Assembly: GCF_006345805.1 (NCBI RefSeq)
Contig: NW_021833473.1
Coordinates: 124,001 to 188,000 of the forward strand
DNA: 64,000 nt
Direction of reading: 5' to 3'
From: Octopus sinensis
Lineage: Eukaryota
This document shows, piece after piece, positions 39,921 to 55,045 of the stretch. The notes under the pieces are model-generated. The model was not told where the DNA came from. It made no database searches and saw only the letters and a program-made list of their open reading frames with translations. Positions within the stretch are counted from its first letter, which is position 1. Each line of letters starts with the position of its first letter. A program made the translations under genes and the position numbers.

Positions 39921-40489
39921 AGAGGAAAAAATAATAAGGCAGAATGCTACATTGAAAGTAAATTTTAATAAGAAAGGGTATATGAAAAATTAAAAAAGAA
40001 AAAAGAAATCAAAACGGCTTTCACTGCAAGGCAAATTTTCAAGATTTCGAAGAAGAAAAAAGTTTTTCTTAAATTGAGGAAAGGGAAAAAAGAAATTTGC
40101 AATGTTTTTTTCAAAAAAATAATAATACATATATGCAAAAATTAATAAATAAGTATACCAATACATTGTAGTGTCTTTATGCTTTTAGAGTTCAATAATA
40201 GTCCTTGGAAAAACTTCTTTGGAGGATTAGGATGCATGTGTTTAAGTGTAGCGTTTTGTTTGAAAAGGTCGGGTGTTTATGTGTCAAAACAGGAAATGGG
40301 GTAGGAGTTATCCAGTTCCTGTGAATAAGGGGGGACAATTCTGTGGCTTTTATGCTCTTTAATTGGAATGCTGGATTTTGTGTCCCATAGGATGCTAGAA
40401 AAAGGAATATGGTCACCGTGGAGTTTGCATATTTAGAAGAGTAGTAGTCCATAAAGAACAGATAAATCTCCCGCAATACCGTCAAATTC

Positions 40490-42270
40490 CACTCAGTAGC
40501 CACATAGACTCTTGCGCTAGAGATAAAAATGGAGTCAGAGAGGCTCTGTTTTATCCGAACACACCAGAAGCAGTTGCTTTCGGACATCTACATTCATCTG
40601 CGAGACGCCCTCATCAATGACGCGGCACCAGATAGCGTAGGCAAACTCTACATTCTGCCATCCTCCTTCACTGGAAGTCCTCGGTATATGTACGAGAGAA
40701 CGCATGATGCTATGACTTACGTCCGTCATTACGACGCGCCTGATTTGTTCATTACATTCACCTGCAATCCTTCGTGGAAGGAGATCGAAGCTGAATTGTT
40801 TCCAGGCCAGCATGCGAAAAACCGTCACGACCTTCTTGCGCTAGTCTTCCGGTTGAACTAATGGAGCATCTTAAGGGAGGGAAGATATTTGTCCAATCTG
40901 GCACTCTGTAAAAATACCTCCCAACGATATTGAGTAGATTATCTCTGCCGAGAAACCAAACCCATCTACTGACAGACATCTCTTTGAAATAATTAAAGCG
41001 ATCATGATCCACGGACCATGTAGGCGCGGGTTCAATTTAGGCTCTCCTTGCTTGAGCAGCAAAATCTGCGACAAGAAGTTTCCAAAAAATATCTGAAGGA
41101 AACACAAACTGGCGTTGATGGATACCCTCTGTACAGACGGCGCCAACCTGCAGACGGTGGCTTTACCATGAAAATTGAACAACATGAGGTTGATAACAGA
41201 TGGGTTGTACCGTATTCACCGCTTCTTTCGATGACGTTAGGTGCCCTCATCAACGTGGAGTTTTGCCATTCCGTCAAGTCCATCAAGTATATTTGCAAAT
41301 ATATCAACAAAGGCTCAGTTGTAGAGCCTCGACAAACTACTCACACTTCATTCTTCGCTCTGTGCTGGAACGACCCATTTGCAAATCTCTGCTTTATCCT
41401 CAGGTTCCGTCCTACTCACATGGACTAAGCAACAATGGGTACACAGAAAGTCAGGCCAGCCTGTTGACGGACAACCTGGTGTAAAACGAGTGCACTTATC
41501 TTCGCCTTCTGTTACCTAAGGTACGTGGGACCTAGTCGTTTGATGATTTAAGGAATGTCGATGGCTCTGTTTGCAGCACTTACAGGGAAGCATGCTTGAA
41601 GCGCGGTTTGCTGGAAGACGATGCGCAATGGGAAGCTACCTTATTCGAGGCTGTTGCATCCTAGACACCTAAACGTCTACGAGCTCTATTCTCAGTTATT
41701 CTGCAAATTTGTGAACTGAACAACCCTTTGTCTTTGTGGCTCAAATTTAAAGAAGACTTATCGGAGGACTTCATACATCAGGCGAAGTTGTTTTTCCTTG
41801 GAATAGAAAGTATAAGCGATGAGGTATACAATCAAGCCTTGATCGACATTGAAAATACAGTTGCATCACTCGGTGGGAATGACCTATCCTTATATGGTCT
41901 GCCTAAACCGCTGTGTTCAGAGTCAAATTTACTTCCTACAGCTCTTTAGCGAGAGACGTCCTACAACACAGATGCTCTTTCCAATTTTGAGCTAGAAACC
42001 GAACCAAAGCTTCTTCCGGATCAACAGCATGTTTATACTATTGTGACTGATCATGTGCACCACAGGAAAGAGTGGTTTGTTTTTTCATGATGTTCCAGGG
42101 GGTACACGCAAAACCTTTCTAACGAAGCTCATCCAAGCAAAGGTCAGCATGCAAAAGAACATTGCGGTTGCGATCGCAAATTCAGGGATTGCTGCAACTT
42201 TGCTGTCTGGCGGCAAAACTGCACACTCCACCTTTAAACTGCTTGCAGCACCTGAAATTGAAAAAATGTG
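40490..42270 (+). mobile_element. Helitron RepHel remnant (Rep + PIF1 helicase), frameshifted and deleted
   Basis: ILPSSFTGSPRYM...PDLFITFTCNPSW, DNRWVVPYSPLLS...INVEFCHSVKSIKYICKYINKGS, and DVPGGTRKTF...ANSGIAATLLSGGKTAHSTFKL. Confidence 0.92.
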
Positions 42271-42440
42271 AATAGGGAAATAACAGACCATTTATAGTTC
42301 TCCGATATGTGGGGTCTCGCATCTGAATGGAATTTTACAGTTACCACTATTTTATACAGAGATTGATCGTAAATATTTCATTTCTTTATGCTTTGAAGTG
42401 AGCAGAAATAGAGGGAGAGGAGAAAGTGAAAGATGTGTTT

Positions 42441-42486
<46 letters not shown>

Positions 42487-42875
42487 AAGACAGAGGGAGA
42501 AAGAGAGAATGAGTCAATGAGGGAGTGAGTGAGTAACGTAGGTAACGAATGCGTGAACACACCCATAGTAAATGTGACGTCATCGTCATTAAGATAGTGG
42601 TATAAAATGACGTCTACGATAGGTTACTAAAAGAAAAATGTTAAATTTTTGTTATTCAAATATGTGAATGAAAAAATATTTAGTTGGTAGCCGAAAGCTT
42701 ACTGAATCTTTTGAAAACCCAAACGTCAAAATCAGTAATTCGTCACACACACACGCACACAAACTCTATTTTATTCATATAGATATATGTGTGTCTGCTT
42801 GTGTATATGTGCGTGTGTGTGCATGTTTGAGTCTATGTGTTTTTGTTATATATATATATATATACATAAACACAA

Positions 42876-42906
<31 letters not shown>

Positions 42907-43179
42907 AATATATGCACATAAACACAAACACATACTCTAACACATACACACACAAATACACACAAACAGACAGACACACACACACACGCATACACACACA
43001 TATTTTCCTGATATCTGTTACCTGTTAGTCATCAGACTGCGGTCATGCTGGAGAATTTTTACCTGAAGTATTTTTAGTCGAATGAATAGATCCCAGTACT
43101 TATTGTCTTTTAAGCTTGGCACATATTCTATCAGTCCCTTTGGTCGAACAGCTAGGTTACGCTAGCGTAAACCCACAAA

Positions 43180-44170
43180 AAGTGGTAAGAATATTAGTGA
43201 TACTACTTGTCTTATTCGTGGCAATATACCTTTTAGCAGGATGTATATTTATACGTGGGCCACTGAAAATATTTTCACTGCCGTCAAAGTGGAAATTTTC
43301 GTGACGAAGTAATTTCTTTTGTTCATGAATGACTAGGATGACCCGTTTCTCGAATGACAGACGCTTAGACAACAAAAGTGTATTCAACAGATACAATTGT
43401 TATTATCATTACGTTCTGGAAATTACGCTCTGCTTTAGACTCATATGAAATTATTGAAAGTATGGTTTCTCTTTTATTATGGACTTATCAGGCAAGGAAT
43501 AAATGTCTGCATTGCATTGCACATGACCTAAATTGGCTAGAAAAATCTACGCAGTTGATTCTCTGTTTTAGTGTATTTCAAAAGACCACTAACTGTGTAG
43601 CTTGTGACCCTTTTAGGAAATTTCACACTTTTAGAAGTCATCCTGTTGGAAAGTTTGCATGAAAACACATCGTACTGAGTTGAAAAACAAAACCACATAT
43701 ATTATGAAGTTTGAATTAATCAATTTGTAGTTGTCTACACCGATCTTCAGCTAACTTTAACGACACGACCATTGCAAGGGTGAAAAGGTTGTTGAAATGA
43801 TTTATCCAGTGATAATACTCGTTTCGATCTTGTTCCATTCGGGTGTCGTGGAAGCAATAGAGGCTGTCAGATTGAAGGTATTGTAGTCGCCCAGACTGAA
43901 ATATCTAAATATGTCTGAGACACGGTACCTGTTCAGAACTGCTTCAAGCAAAATTTGTTCCTGTTCACTACAAACGTTCTCACAAATGTTTTCCCTATAT
44001 TTTATCGATTGGTCGCGATTTGTCGTTACCAGATGTTTCGCCTGATTGAGAAATGCGATAGTAATACTCCCCTTGCGCTCCTCCTTAATTACTGATTGTA
44101 GCTTTCTCTGAGCCCATTTTAGCAGTAGATGTCTCTGTCTACTCGAAAGCATATCACACAAACGGACTTA
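43180..44170 (-). repeat. Longest copy of the unclassified locus repeat, with residual ORFs
   Basis: Homologous to 1-1560 (+). 43270-43740 is near-identical to 51195-51650. Confidence 0.7.
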
Positions 44171-44429
44171 GAGGGTATATATGCATATCATTTATATATA
44201 TATAAAACTGAGAATGTCTGTCTGTCTGTCTGTGTGTGTGACAACCAATGCTGGTGTGTTTACGTCCCCGTAACTTAGCGGTTCGGCAAAAGATACCGAT
44301 AGAATAAGTACTAGGTGTACAAAGAATAAGTCTTGGGGTCGATTTGTTCAACTAAATGCGGTGCTTCAGTATGGCCGCAGTCAAATTGCTGATAAAAGTA
44401 AAAGAGTAAAAGAGAAAAAATTTATATAT

Positions 44430-44529
<100 letters not shown>

Positions 44530-44572
44530 GTATATATATATATGTATATATATATACACATATATATATATG

Positions 44573-44957
<385 letters not shown>

Positions 44958-45120
44958 TATATAAACCAGGACTTTTCAGCTCCTGCCTAATAAATCGAAT
45001 CACAAAGATTTTGTCATCCCAAGGTTATAGCAGATACACAAGCCTAAGTTGCCACGCAGTGGGACCCAACATGAGAGCACGTAGTTAGCAGGCAAATATC
45101 TTAGGACAAATGTGCATAAG

Positions 45121-45153
<33 letters not shown>

Positions 45154-45523
45154 TGAACAATAGAAGGTGAAACTGCGCTAAGAATGATTAGAATACTTTT
45201 TACTAATATATTTAAAGCTTTTACTGATTTCATGGTTTGCACTGATTTTCAAAAAGGGCAAATAGAAAGGCATAGTTTACGTCGCAGTTGTCTTGCTTCA
45301 AACTATCGTTCGACGCATTTGGGAGAAAAAAATATAAATAATATATACGTGAAAATCCAACCGGTGAGATAATAAGGTATTAAGACGATAATGACTCTCC
45401 CCAGACGCAACATAATTTGCTTCAGTACACAAGTTCAAATAAACAATCTTGCAAACCAGATAGAAAAACGAAGTGTACATACATACATACATGCATGCAT
45501 ACATACATACATACATACATACA

Positions 45524-45559
<36 letters not shown>

Positions 45560-45566
45560 TACATAC

Positions 45567-45679
<113 letters not shown>

Positions 45680-46474
45680 TCCGGCACCAGTCGCCATGAT
45701 AAATCGTTAGCCACTACACACATTTTTTTTCTCTCCTTGTTTTTTTTCTGTGTTCCTTTCTGTAGAAGAGCGTAGGCTCGAAACGTAAAAGACTTTTAGC
45801 ATTCCTGAACGTTGTACTAATACATCTGTTTATTTTATACAGCACCTGTCTTCGTCTTTTGTTTTATACGTAAACTCTCACTATATATATTCACACCCGT
45901 ACATACATATACATATATATTTAATTCATTAATAGACATTGATGTAATGCCGGAAGGGAATCGTAGGTATGTGTATAGAGCCCTCAAAAATATACCAGGT
46001 AGTGAATGTATAATAAAGAAATATGGGAAATCAATGATATCTACTTACTGATATTCATTTCGGGATGAGTAGATGCAGAGACAGTGTTCACACCACTTGC
46101 CTTATGCATTGCAATATATATGTATATATGTTGACGTCAACAGCAATTGTAGCAGTAAATTGATAGCAGTGAGAAATCAAGTTTTTTCAGAGTGGGTTGT
46201 TTATGCATGAATAATGCATATACCACTGCTGTATGTTCGACATATAAGATTCTTTTATCTTTCTGTACTGAAAATTAAACTCACTTTTAGACCCATAGGA
46301 AATTATTGTAATTATGATCTCACTTTTATTATGGACCTATCAAGCAAGGAAGAGATGTGCACATTACATTTTACGTAACCTAAACTGGCTTGAAAAATCG
46401 ACGCATTCTCAGTTTTAACCGATTTCAATAGTTCTGTAACTATGCATTTAGTTCACCTTTTAAAAAACTCCGGG

Positions 46475-47028
46475 TATGTTTTTTTATGAGCGCACTCCTG
46501 GTGAGACCCATATTGGAGTATGGGATTCAAGCCTCTTCTCCTTATCTCCTCAAAGACATACAGCATCTCGAAAGAGTCCAGAGGCTGGCTACCCGCATGG
46601 TTCATGGTCTCAAAAATTTGTCCTACGAAGAAAGGCTGAGGACGCTCGACCTTTATTCTCTTGAAAAACGCCGCCGCCGTGGTGATCTCATTCTCGCCCA
46701 CAACATCATAAGCAGGAAGTGTAACCTCTCGAAAGAGCTGTTCTTCACTCCTGCTCCGGAGCGTCGGCTGCGGGGTCATTCCGAAAAGCTCTACCTGCGA
46801 CGATTTGATCTCAATCGAAGGAGAGGAGCTTTCTCCGTCCGGGTTGCGGATCCGTGGAACAAGCTGCCAGACGAGATGGTGAAGATGCCGACGACCGCTT
46901 TGTTCAAAGCCTCCCTGGACCTCAAGTGGCCTGAACTCTTTAGATGAACACCACCCTGTACTTAACTCCATGTCCCCCTACATGGCCTTGCTATTTACTT
47001 TTGAGCCAAATTAACTAACTAACTAACA
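46475..47028 (+). mobile_element. CR1-group LINE 3' end
   Basis: LVRPILEYGIQASSPYLLKDIQHLERVQRLATRMV...LSYEERL...RRRGDLI...WNKLP, with a (taac)n tail. Confidence 0.9.
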
Positions 47029-47051
47029 TATTAATGGACTTAAAAGCTATA

Positions 47052-47099
47052 TCTATATATATAAAACAGAAACTGTGTGTGTGTATGTGTGTGTGTGTG

Positions 47100-47132
<33 letters not shown>

Positions 47133-50100
47133 TGCGTGTGTCTCGAGTTCCGCCTAACCGATTCGATTGAAATTTCAGATATGCATTTGGAATGTTCCGT
47201 GGTATGATTTAGTCATAACAACTGTTTCCATCAATGTTCGGTTTTCGCAAATACTCAATCGATAATTATCGATTTTTTCAAAAAGTCCGATTTTTGATCA
47301 AACTTAACATTCCTATGCATTATTACCCAACGTTTTTCGTTTCGTTATTATTTTTTCAAATTCTATTTCGTTTGAGCACAATACGGGAAAACCCGACTCA
47401 AAAAATGCCTCTAAGGCAGGCCATAGCGCCAGAACTATTGAACCGATTTAAACCAAACTTGGTAAATGAATGCATTTTCACCCAACGCGTCTTATGCCGT
47501 GGTTCATTTCATTAAATTGCGCTTTGTTTGAGCACAATTCGACAAACTCACATTCGAACAAATTGCCTTTGTTGAGGTAGCTTCTGATTGTTTTTTTCAG
47601 AACACTGACTCCATTCCTTCCCTTATGCATAACCAATTAATCTCCATCAGGGTGCGCACACACATTGTGACCCCACGTGACCTCAAAATAGCCACTGCCA
47701 ATAGCAGTAAACATCCGGCACTGAGGCTTTCCATTGCAATAAATGAAAGCAATTTCTATGAGTAGTATGAGATAGTTAAAGCAATAACAGCCTCTGCACT
47801 ACACAAGCTACTGGTAAGCACTTACTACTTCCTTCATCCATTTCACTAGCAGTAGTAACCGGAGTTGCACGGGTCTTAATAAATTACCATGAAACTGCGG
47901 AAACATGAGGCCTTACACTTGAGAAAAGACGGTTTGGGGTGTGACATTGTTAAAGCAATAATCTTGATAACCTCTTGAATAAAATCAATACCCAAGCTGT
48001 CTTTCAAAAAGTTATATTTTTGAGCTGTTTACGGTTTCCGTGTACAAGTGCTATCGGGTGAAGCCGGTTCAAACCGCTGAACCACCAGACTGATTCGATT
48101 GAAATTTCAGATATGCATTAGGTATGTTCCGAGGCATTTTTTTGTCATAACAACTGCTTTGATTAATGTTCGGTTTCCGCAAAAACTCGATCGATAATTA
48201 TCGATTGTTTTCAAAAAGTCGTTCGATTTCAACCAAACTCGGTAGACATTTGCAGTTTGACCCAAAGAGTTTAGTGGCGTCACGGTACTCAGCGGATGAC
48301 CGGAAGACTGAAACTGAACTACTGAAGCACAATGAAGCTGCGTAGCACTTAATCAATGTACTTATTGATTCAGCATTTGATGTGACTCCAGATTATTCAG
48401 ATTTATTTATGCCAGGAATCCACTATGACAGTTATTTCTTTACTCATACGCATATCGCCTGCTCGCGCACACAATGCCGGACATTTGACTTTGTTATACT
48501 CACCATTTCTTATTCTCATATTTTGTCAGTACTTACCTGAAAACTCTCTTTGTTTTTGTGACCTTGCCATTGTCACTCTGTTATTGTAAACTTGCTATTA
48601 TGACCTCATACTGTTTGCTTGAAAAGTCGTCACTCTCCTACATAAACTCACGTCCCTGCTGACGTGGTCTTACAATCATTCGTGTCCTCTTGAAACAGCC
48701 GTCAAACCATCATCTGAAGCCCTAAACGCCCTGCTCTATTTTGCAATCGACGTAAGTTCCAATTCCCTCCAGCCCCGGAAATCGTCCATTTTTACAGTTT
48801 GTCGTCCCTCATTTGTGCTCCGACACCTCACACCCCACTACCTGCTGCCGTTTGTAACCATGTCTTTTTACCCCGTCACATCGAGACCTAAATTTAACCC
48901 ATTCCGTACAACATTCACACAATAGCCTACGTCCATTTTCCGCACTGACGCATGTTCTGCAATCGTGCTTCAAATCGCTATCAGACGCCCACCAGACGTC
49001 AGACATCCCGAATTACCTCCACGCATTGTCTGTCTCCTACCACAACCACCCCGCATGGGAACCATCTGTTCTTCTGCCTCAGCTCAAGGCAACCCTTCTC
49101 CATATTGTTCGGACACTCGGTAAGTACTTGACCATTACTCGCAAAGTAGCAACTAGGTGCCATTCCTTACTAACAATTCCAACAGTACCGTTTACCCCTT
49201 CTCGCTTTTATCCTCTTACAATGGGGTACTGTAGCATCATTGGTCTATTCTCGCGTTTTCGCGAGCGATGACTGCATCTTACTTAAAAACCCCTTTTCTT
49301 TTCACTTACACCAGTCGCGATCCTGCTCCAACGTTTTCACTGCAAGCTCTCTTCTCAAAGCTATCCTTTCCTCCATTAATCCAGCTGCAGTTGGTAAGTC
49401 ACAAAATTGTTATTACATCTACTGTTGCTCCTGGCCATTTCACCTCACGCCGTTGGAACACATTCATAAAGTACCACCTCTCATTGACAAAAAATAGGTA
49501 GAGGGACTTTCGACAAACGCCTTTACCTCGCGATTCGATAAGCAACATTATCTCAGGCTTCAGGTTACAGCTGCTAGACATTATCTGTTGACAATTCGCA
49601 TTCATGTATTTATTCCAGCGTAGAACAAACTACGATTGATATCCGCTTACCAATGTGGATAGTGGAAAACATGTTAATCGCACCTTTGAGAAGTGATTTG
49701 ATCCATTGCCAGCTCCCATTGCAACACAGCTTACTGTACTGCTACTAAATCACCTTATGGATATCTCTCCATTAAGACGTGCTTATGGTCTCGTACCCGC
49801 GTACCTATTTCATAAAAACTTACATATCCTGTCAGCCGTTTGCTATTATTCTTCTGACTGGGGCTAAGTGTTCTTCAACCTCCTGTTTTAGGTCACGCCA
49901 CGACGGAAGAGGTTCACCATTGGCCGAAATACTACTAAAGCAAAAGAATCAAGACGAAATCGAGCTTTAGAATTGTCGTTGGAGACTACAATCCGTCGGT
50001 CACAAGCTGCTGAACGTGCGGCCACAAGAAGAGCTCTCGAAACAGACGACCAGCGACATGCTCGCATGACCACTATTGCCCTCTTATCTGCGACTGCACG

Positions 50101-51190
50101 CGCTGCAGAAACCGAAGACCAACGTAGAACTCGCCGTGCCGCGAATGCTTCTTCAATGGCAGCTGCTCGTGCTTCACAGACAGAGGACCAGCGAAGGAGA
50201 CGCCGATCTGCTAACGCCGCGTCTACAGCTGCTGCAAGAGCTTCAGAAACAAGTCCCCAGCGGAAACGTCGCCGAGCCTCTAATGCCGCGTGCTCTTCAG
50301 CCGCACGTACCGAGGAGAATGAAGACCAGCGCTACAGACGTCGGACAACGGATGCTGCAAACACTGCTGCTGCTCGATCTTCCGAAACGTTACGAGACCG
50401 TGATAATTGCCTTCAGAGTGATGCAAGACAGCGAGCCCTTAAGAAGGGTGTTTCTAAACCGTTGGCCACACAATGGGCCTTAAAAGCATTCCAGTACAAT
50501 TCCGTCTTTGATTATGCTGGCCACTTAGACATGTCGCTTGGAAGTATCTCAAAGACGTGTTCATTTCACTTTGCCAAAAAGTGGTCGGGGAAGCCAACCG
50601 GTTTGTGCTGCTCTGGTGGAAAGGTCCGATTGCTTCAACTCCCGGACCCACCAGAGACGCTAAAGCGTCTCTTCACAGGTAATACGGTTAAATCGAAGCA
50701 CCTTCTTAGTTGTATCCCCGGAAATACAATTGCGCCTTTCAGGCGACATCTTTCGGAGCAAATGTTGTGCGAGAAGGGGGATTCATGCCCACGTTTAAGG
50801 TTTAAGGCCAGGTATACCATAGAACTGGACCGCTTGAACCTGCCGCCAACCAAGACACACAATTTCTCCAGCATTACGTCGTTGGTAATCCCAACGAACA
50901 AGCAGCAATGCGACGCTCAATTTCACCTGGCACAGACCTCCACATCATCCGAAACCTGAAAGATATGATTCACACCCTCAACAGCTACGTTATAAGCTTC
51001 AGGTATGCATTGGAGGCAGTTCCTTCATCAAATTTCAATGTTGTCATAGATGCCCCAAAACGTCCGTTGGGCGAACACTCTGGAAGCTTCAACTTACCTA
51101 CATGCAACGAAGTAGCTGTCCTTCTTCACGGTAATCAGTATAACCACTGAGACATTGTCCTTAAACGCAGAGACAACACCCTTAACCGCT
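47052..51190 (+). mobile_element. Helitron 5' portion: TC terminus, long 5' region and RepHel N-terminus
   Basis: A|TCTATATATATAAAA..(TG)n 5' end. ORF 49973-50959 has ETxxQRxxRRxxNA repeats and AKKWSGKPTGLCCSGGKVRL, followed by NLPTCNEVAVL. Confidence 0.8.
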
Positions 51191-51834
51191 CGAATTTTTT
51201 TTCACTGCCGTCAAAGTGGAAATTTTCGTGACGAATTAATTTTTTTTGTTCATGAATGACTGGGATTACCCGTTTCTCGAATGACTGACGCTTAGACAAC
51301 AACATTGTATTCAACAGATACAATTGTTATTATCATTACGTTCTGGAAATTACGCTCTGCTTTAGACTCATATGAAATTATTGAAAGTATGGTTTCTCTT
51401 TTATTATGGACTTATCAGGCGAGGAATAAATGTCTGCATTGCATTGCACATGACCTAAATTGGCTAGAAAAATCTACGCAGTTGATTCTCTGTTGTAGCA
51501 TATTTCAAAAGAGCTGTAACTGTATATTTAATCACCTTTTTAGGAAATTTCAGTTAAGTTTGCAAGAAAGCACATCGTACTGAGTTAAAAAACAAAACGA
51601 CATATATCATGAAGTTTGAATTCATCAATTTGGAGTTGTCTACACTGTAATAGAACTATGGTGTTGGGCTCTCGAAATGGCCATAGATATATGTGAATGT
51701 TGAATTTGAACGGTGATATCTGTTTATTGTGAACTTTGAACGTATTTGTGTAAGAGGAGTAAAAGACGTTTTCTAAAGTGCACGTGAATTTAACCTGTGG
51801 AAGTGTGCTTACTTATAAACTGGCTGAAGTTAGC

Positions 51835-51929
51835 TGAACAATGCACGCATTACATCAATTTAAATATAGTGTCATCTTGTACCTGAAGATGGCACTATTT
51901 TTAAGTTGATGTAATGCTTGCATTGTTCA
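51835..51929. repeat. 44-bp-arm hairpin inside an insertion with a Penelope-type ctgaagatggc...gaaacggtc motif
   Basis: tgaacaatgcacgcattacatcaatttaaatatagtgtcatctt pairs with aagatggcactatttttaagttgatgtaatgcttgcattgttca (4 differences from a perfect inverted repeat). Confidence 0.7.
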
Positions 51930-51985
51930 ATTAAATGGAGCCGCTTGAAACGGTCGTATTGCACTAATACATGACATCGTGTAAA

Positions 51986-52036
<51 letters not shown>

Positions 52037-53158
52037 TTTTAACATATATATGAAAGGCATGGATGAAAATGCTACTTTCTTAAAATTTGTACATTTTAAT
52101 TTTTCTTTTGCATGTTTCGGTTTTTGAAAAACCTTATCAAAAATACGTACCAAAATGGAATATGTAAAGAGAAAAGAGCCATTGATAAAATTCGATTAAA
52201 ATTTAAATTAAGATTAACATTCATAGTTTACTTTCCTTTTTCCTGCAGGCGCACGTGGATAATATCTTTTGGTTCTGGTAGCATGACAATTTCAACTGAC
52301 TGCGACTGCGAAATTTCAGTTGAGTTTGCATGAAACCACATCGTACTCAGTTAAGAAACAAAAGAACATATATTATGAAATTCGAACTCATCAATTTGTA
52401 GTTATCTACACTGATCTTCTGCTAACTTTAACAACACGATTAATGCAAGGGCGAAAAGTTTGCCGAAAGGATTCATCTTGTGATAATTCCCGTTTCGATC
52501 TTGTTCCACTCGGGTGTCATGGAAGCAATCACATTAATAGATATACAGGATATATATATTTCTTTACTTCCCAGGAGCTAAACATAAAGGGGACGAACAA
52601 GAACAGACAAAGGGATTAAGTCGATTACATCGACCCCAGTGCGAAACTGGTACTTTATTTATCGACTCCGAAAGGATGAAAGGCAAAGTCGACCTCGGCG
52701 GAATTTGAACTCAGAACGTAACGACAGACGAAATACTGCTAAGCGTTTCGCCCGGCACGCTAACGTTTCTGCCAGCTCGCCGCCTTAACATACAGGATAT
52801 ATAAGTATACCAAGTTGTAACGAAACTTCATCTGTTTTACAAGGCATAGTAAAACAAAAAGAAGAAATATCTAATTTATTTAATGGTTGATATAGCGACA
52901 ACTCTCTATAATCGCTTTCCATATCGCAATGAGCTTTTTAATTCCGCATTCATAAAAGTTGTTACATTTTGAAGTGAAACACACACGCGCGCATACATAT
53001 ACACACACACGCGCGCATACACACACATATACATACATATAATTTTGTATACAAATATGCATATATAATAAAGAAAGGGTAAAATTAATTAATTAATCAA
53101 TTAATCAATCAATAATTTTACGAAAAATGTTATATGCATATATATATATATATATAAT

Positions 53159-53243
<85 letters not shown>

Positions 53244-53471
53244 CCACTACACATTCTTTATTTTCTCTCCTTGTTTCTGTGTTCCTTTCTGTGGAAGAGC
53301 GTAGGATCGAAACGTTAAAGACTTTTTCAGTTCCCGAGCGTTATACTAATACATCTATTTTTGTCTACATCACCTGTCTATGTCTTTTGTTCTTTTTGTA
53401 AATTCTCCGTATATATATATATATATATATATCGCGTTGTTGTGTTTTCTTCAGTTTTCTTGTTTGGATTA

Positions 53472-53518
<47 letters not shown>

Positions 53519-54427
53519 CGAGTGTATGAGAGATATTGGTATCTAGAAACCCAAAGAGTAACGGTAAGTGTGTGTTAGGGAGAGAGAGAGTGTGTGTTTG
53601 ACAGCGTCTAACAAAAAACGTAAAGAAAAAGTATGTGTAAGGGAGATGGTTTCACTGCGTCTAACAAAAAAAGGTAAAGACAAAGTGAGAGAGAGACAGA
53701 GAGAGTAAATAAATGACAGCTTTCAACAAAATATGTTTTGCTTTTTCTTAAACATGAGATATAGTCTTCAAATTTAGGATGTTTTTGAAAGATACTATAT
53801 TTCATAATCAGATTATATATACTTTCTCACACAACAATTAAAATATATTTTATATCATTTATTTATTTTAAATCGTTCATGTTTCTCCCTCCTCTCTCAC
53901 ACACACATTACATTGGGCGTGAAAGAGTTTTGTTTATATTTTACGCCGAAGATAAAGTGATTTGTTGAGAATACATTTATTTAACTACAAAGAAACAAAG
54001 AGGCAGGTAACAATTTGTCAGTGTATTACACAATATAAATGGGTACAATCTGCGAGCCATCCCCCATACCACAAAAAGGGTTTTGTGGCATATTAGGAAG
54101 CCAGAGTAGTTGATTCTATGCAAAAATCCGATTTTTTTCTTGCTGAAATCGTGTGAGTGTTAATCTACAAATTTACCAACATCTTTTCCATTCGTTTCTG
54201 TTTATGAATATGTATGCGTAGAAAAAACATATGCAATAGGTGTACGTACGTGTGTGTATGTGTGTGTGTGTTGCCCATATATATTTATATTATTTATATT
54301 ATATTATATTATATTATATAAATATATTATATTATATTATATTATATTATATTATATTATATAATCCAATTTCAACGGATTTCGCCCAAATGTAAATTGA
54401 GTAATGCTTACAATTATTAATCATTCG

Positions 54428-54571
54428 TTATCTTTTATCAGTACTTACTACTATTATCACAATAAGGTAAATAATAACACCAAAGAAAATTGATAATCCA
54501 ATGAATTTTCCTGCTTTACTGTTAGCCTTCAGCGCGTCGTCTCTCTCTCCAGATTCGGCCATTGCATTTGC
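54428..54571 (-). CDS. CD225/dispanin gene C, last coding exon
   Basis: Acceptor ttttatattctag. Translates ANAMAESGERDDALKANSKAGKFIGLSIFFGVIIYLIVIIVVSTDKR*. Confidence 0.88.
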   Translation of the reverse strand, partial: ANAMAESGERDDALKANSKAGKFIGLSIFFGVIIYLIVIIVVSTDKR

Positions 54572-55045
54572 CTAGAATATAAAATGAAAGTTTATATTTA
54601 AAGCATGCAAATATAACTCAATAACACCAAAGATATTGCTTTCAAATTTTGACACAAGGACAGCAACTTCAGAGGAGCGGTTAAGTCGATTACATCGACC
54701 CCAGTACTCAACTGGTTCTTATTTGATCGATCTCGAAAGGATGATAGGTAAAGCGGATATGGGCGGTAAACATTTTGCTCGGCTAACGGTTCCGCCAGCT
54801 CGCCGCCTTGAAAACAACAAATATATTGTCATATATTTACAACTCATATAAGTTTAATGGTGTAAAGAGATTTGTCAAGATGATTCTTTGGAAATGACCT
54901 GCCAGTGTCCATGCCAAACTGAGATCAAGAACGCAATTTTACCTTACTCTAAATCTCATTACAATACAAATCAACAACCGTGCTCTATTCCAGTGTTACT
55001 TGTAAGTAGGTGGTAAAGATTGAGAAAGAGGCTAACAAACTACCA

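Noticed and set aside
45760-45790. ctgtagaagagcgtaggctcgaaacgta (and ctgtggaagagcgtaggatcgaaacgtta at ~53289) as active hammerheads
   Set aside because: The invariant A6 of the core is replaced and stem I is not evident. At most these are dead Penelope-derived motifs.
53520-53570. Plus-strand donor-like site gagtaacg|gtaagt
   Set aside because: No supporting acceptor, ORF or partner exon, and it is on the wrong strand for genes B and C.
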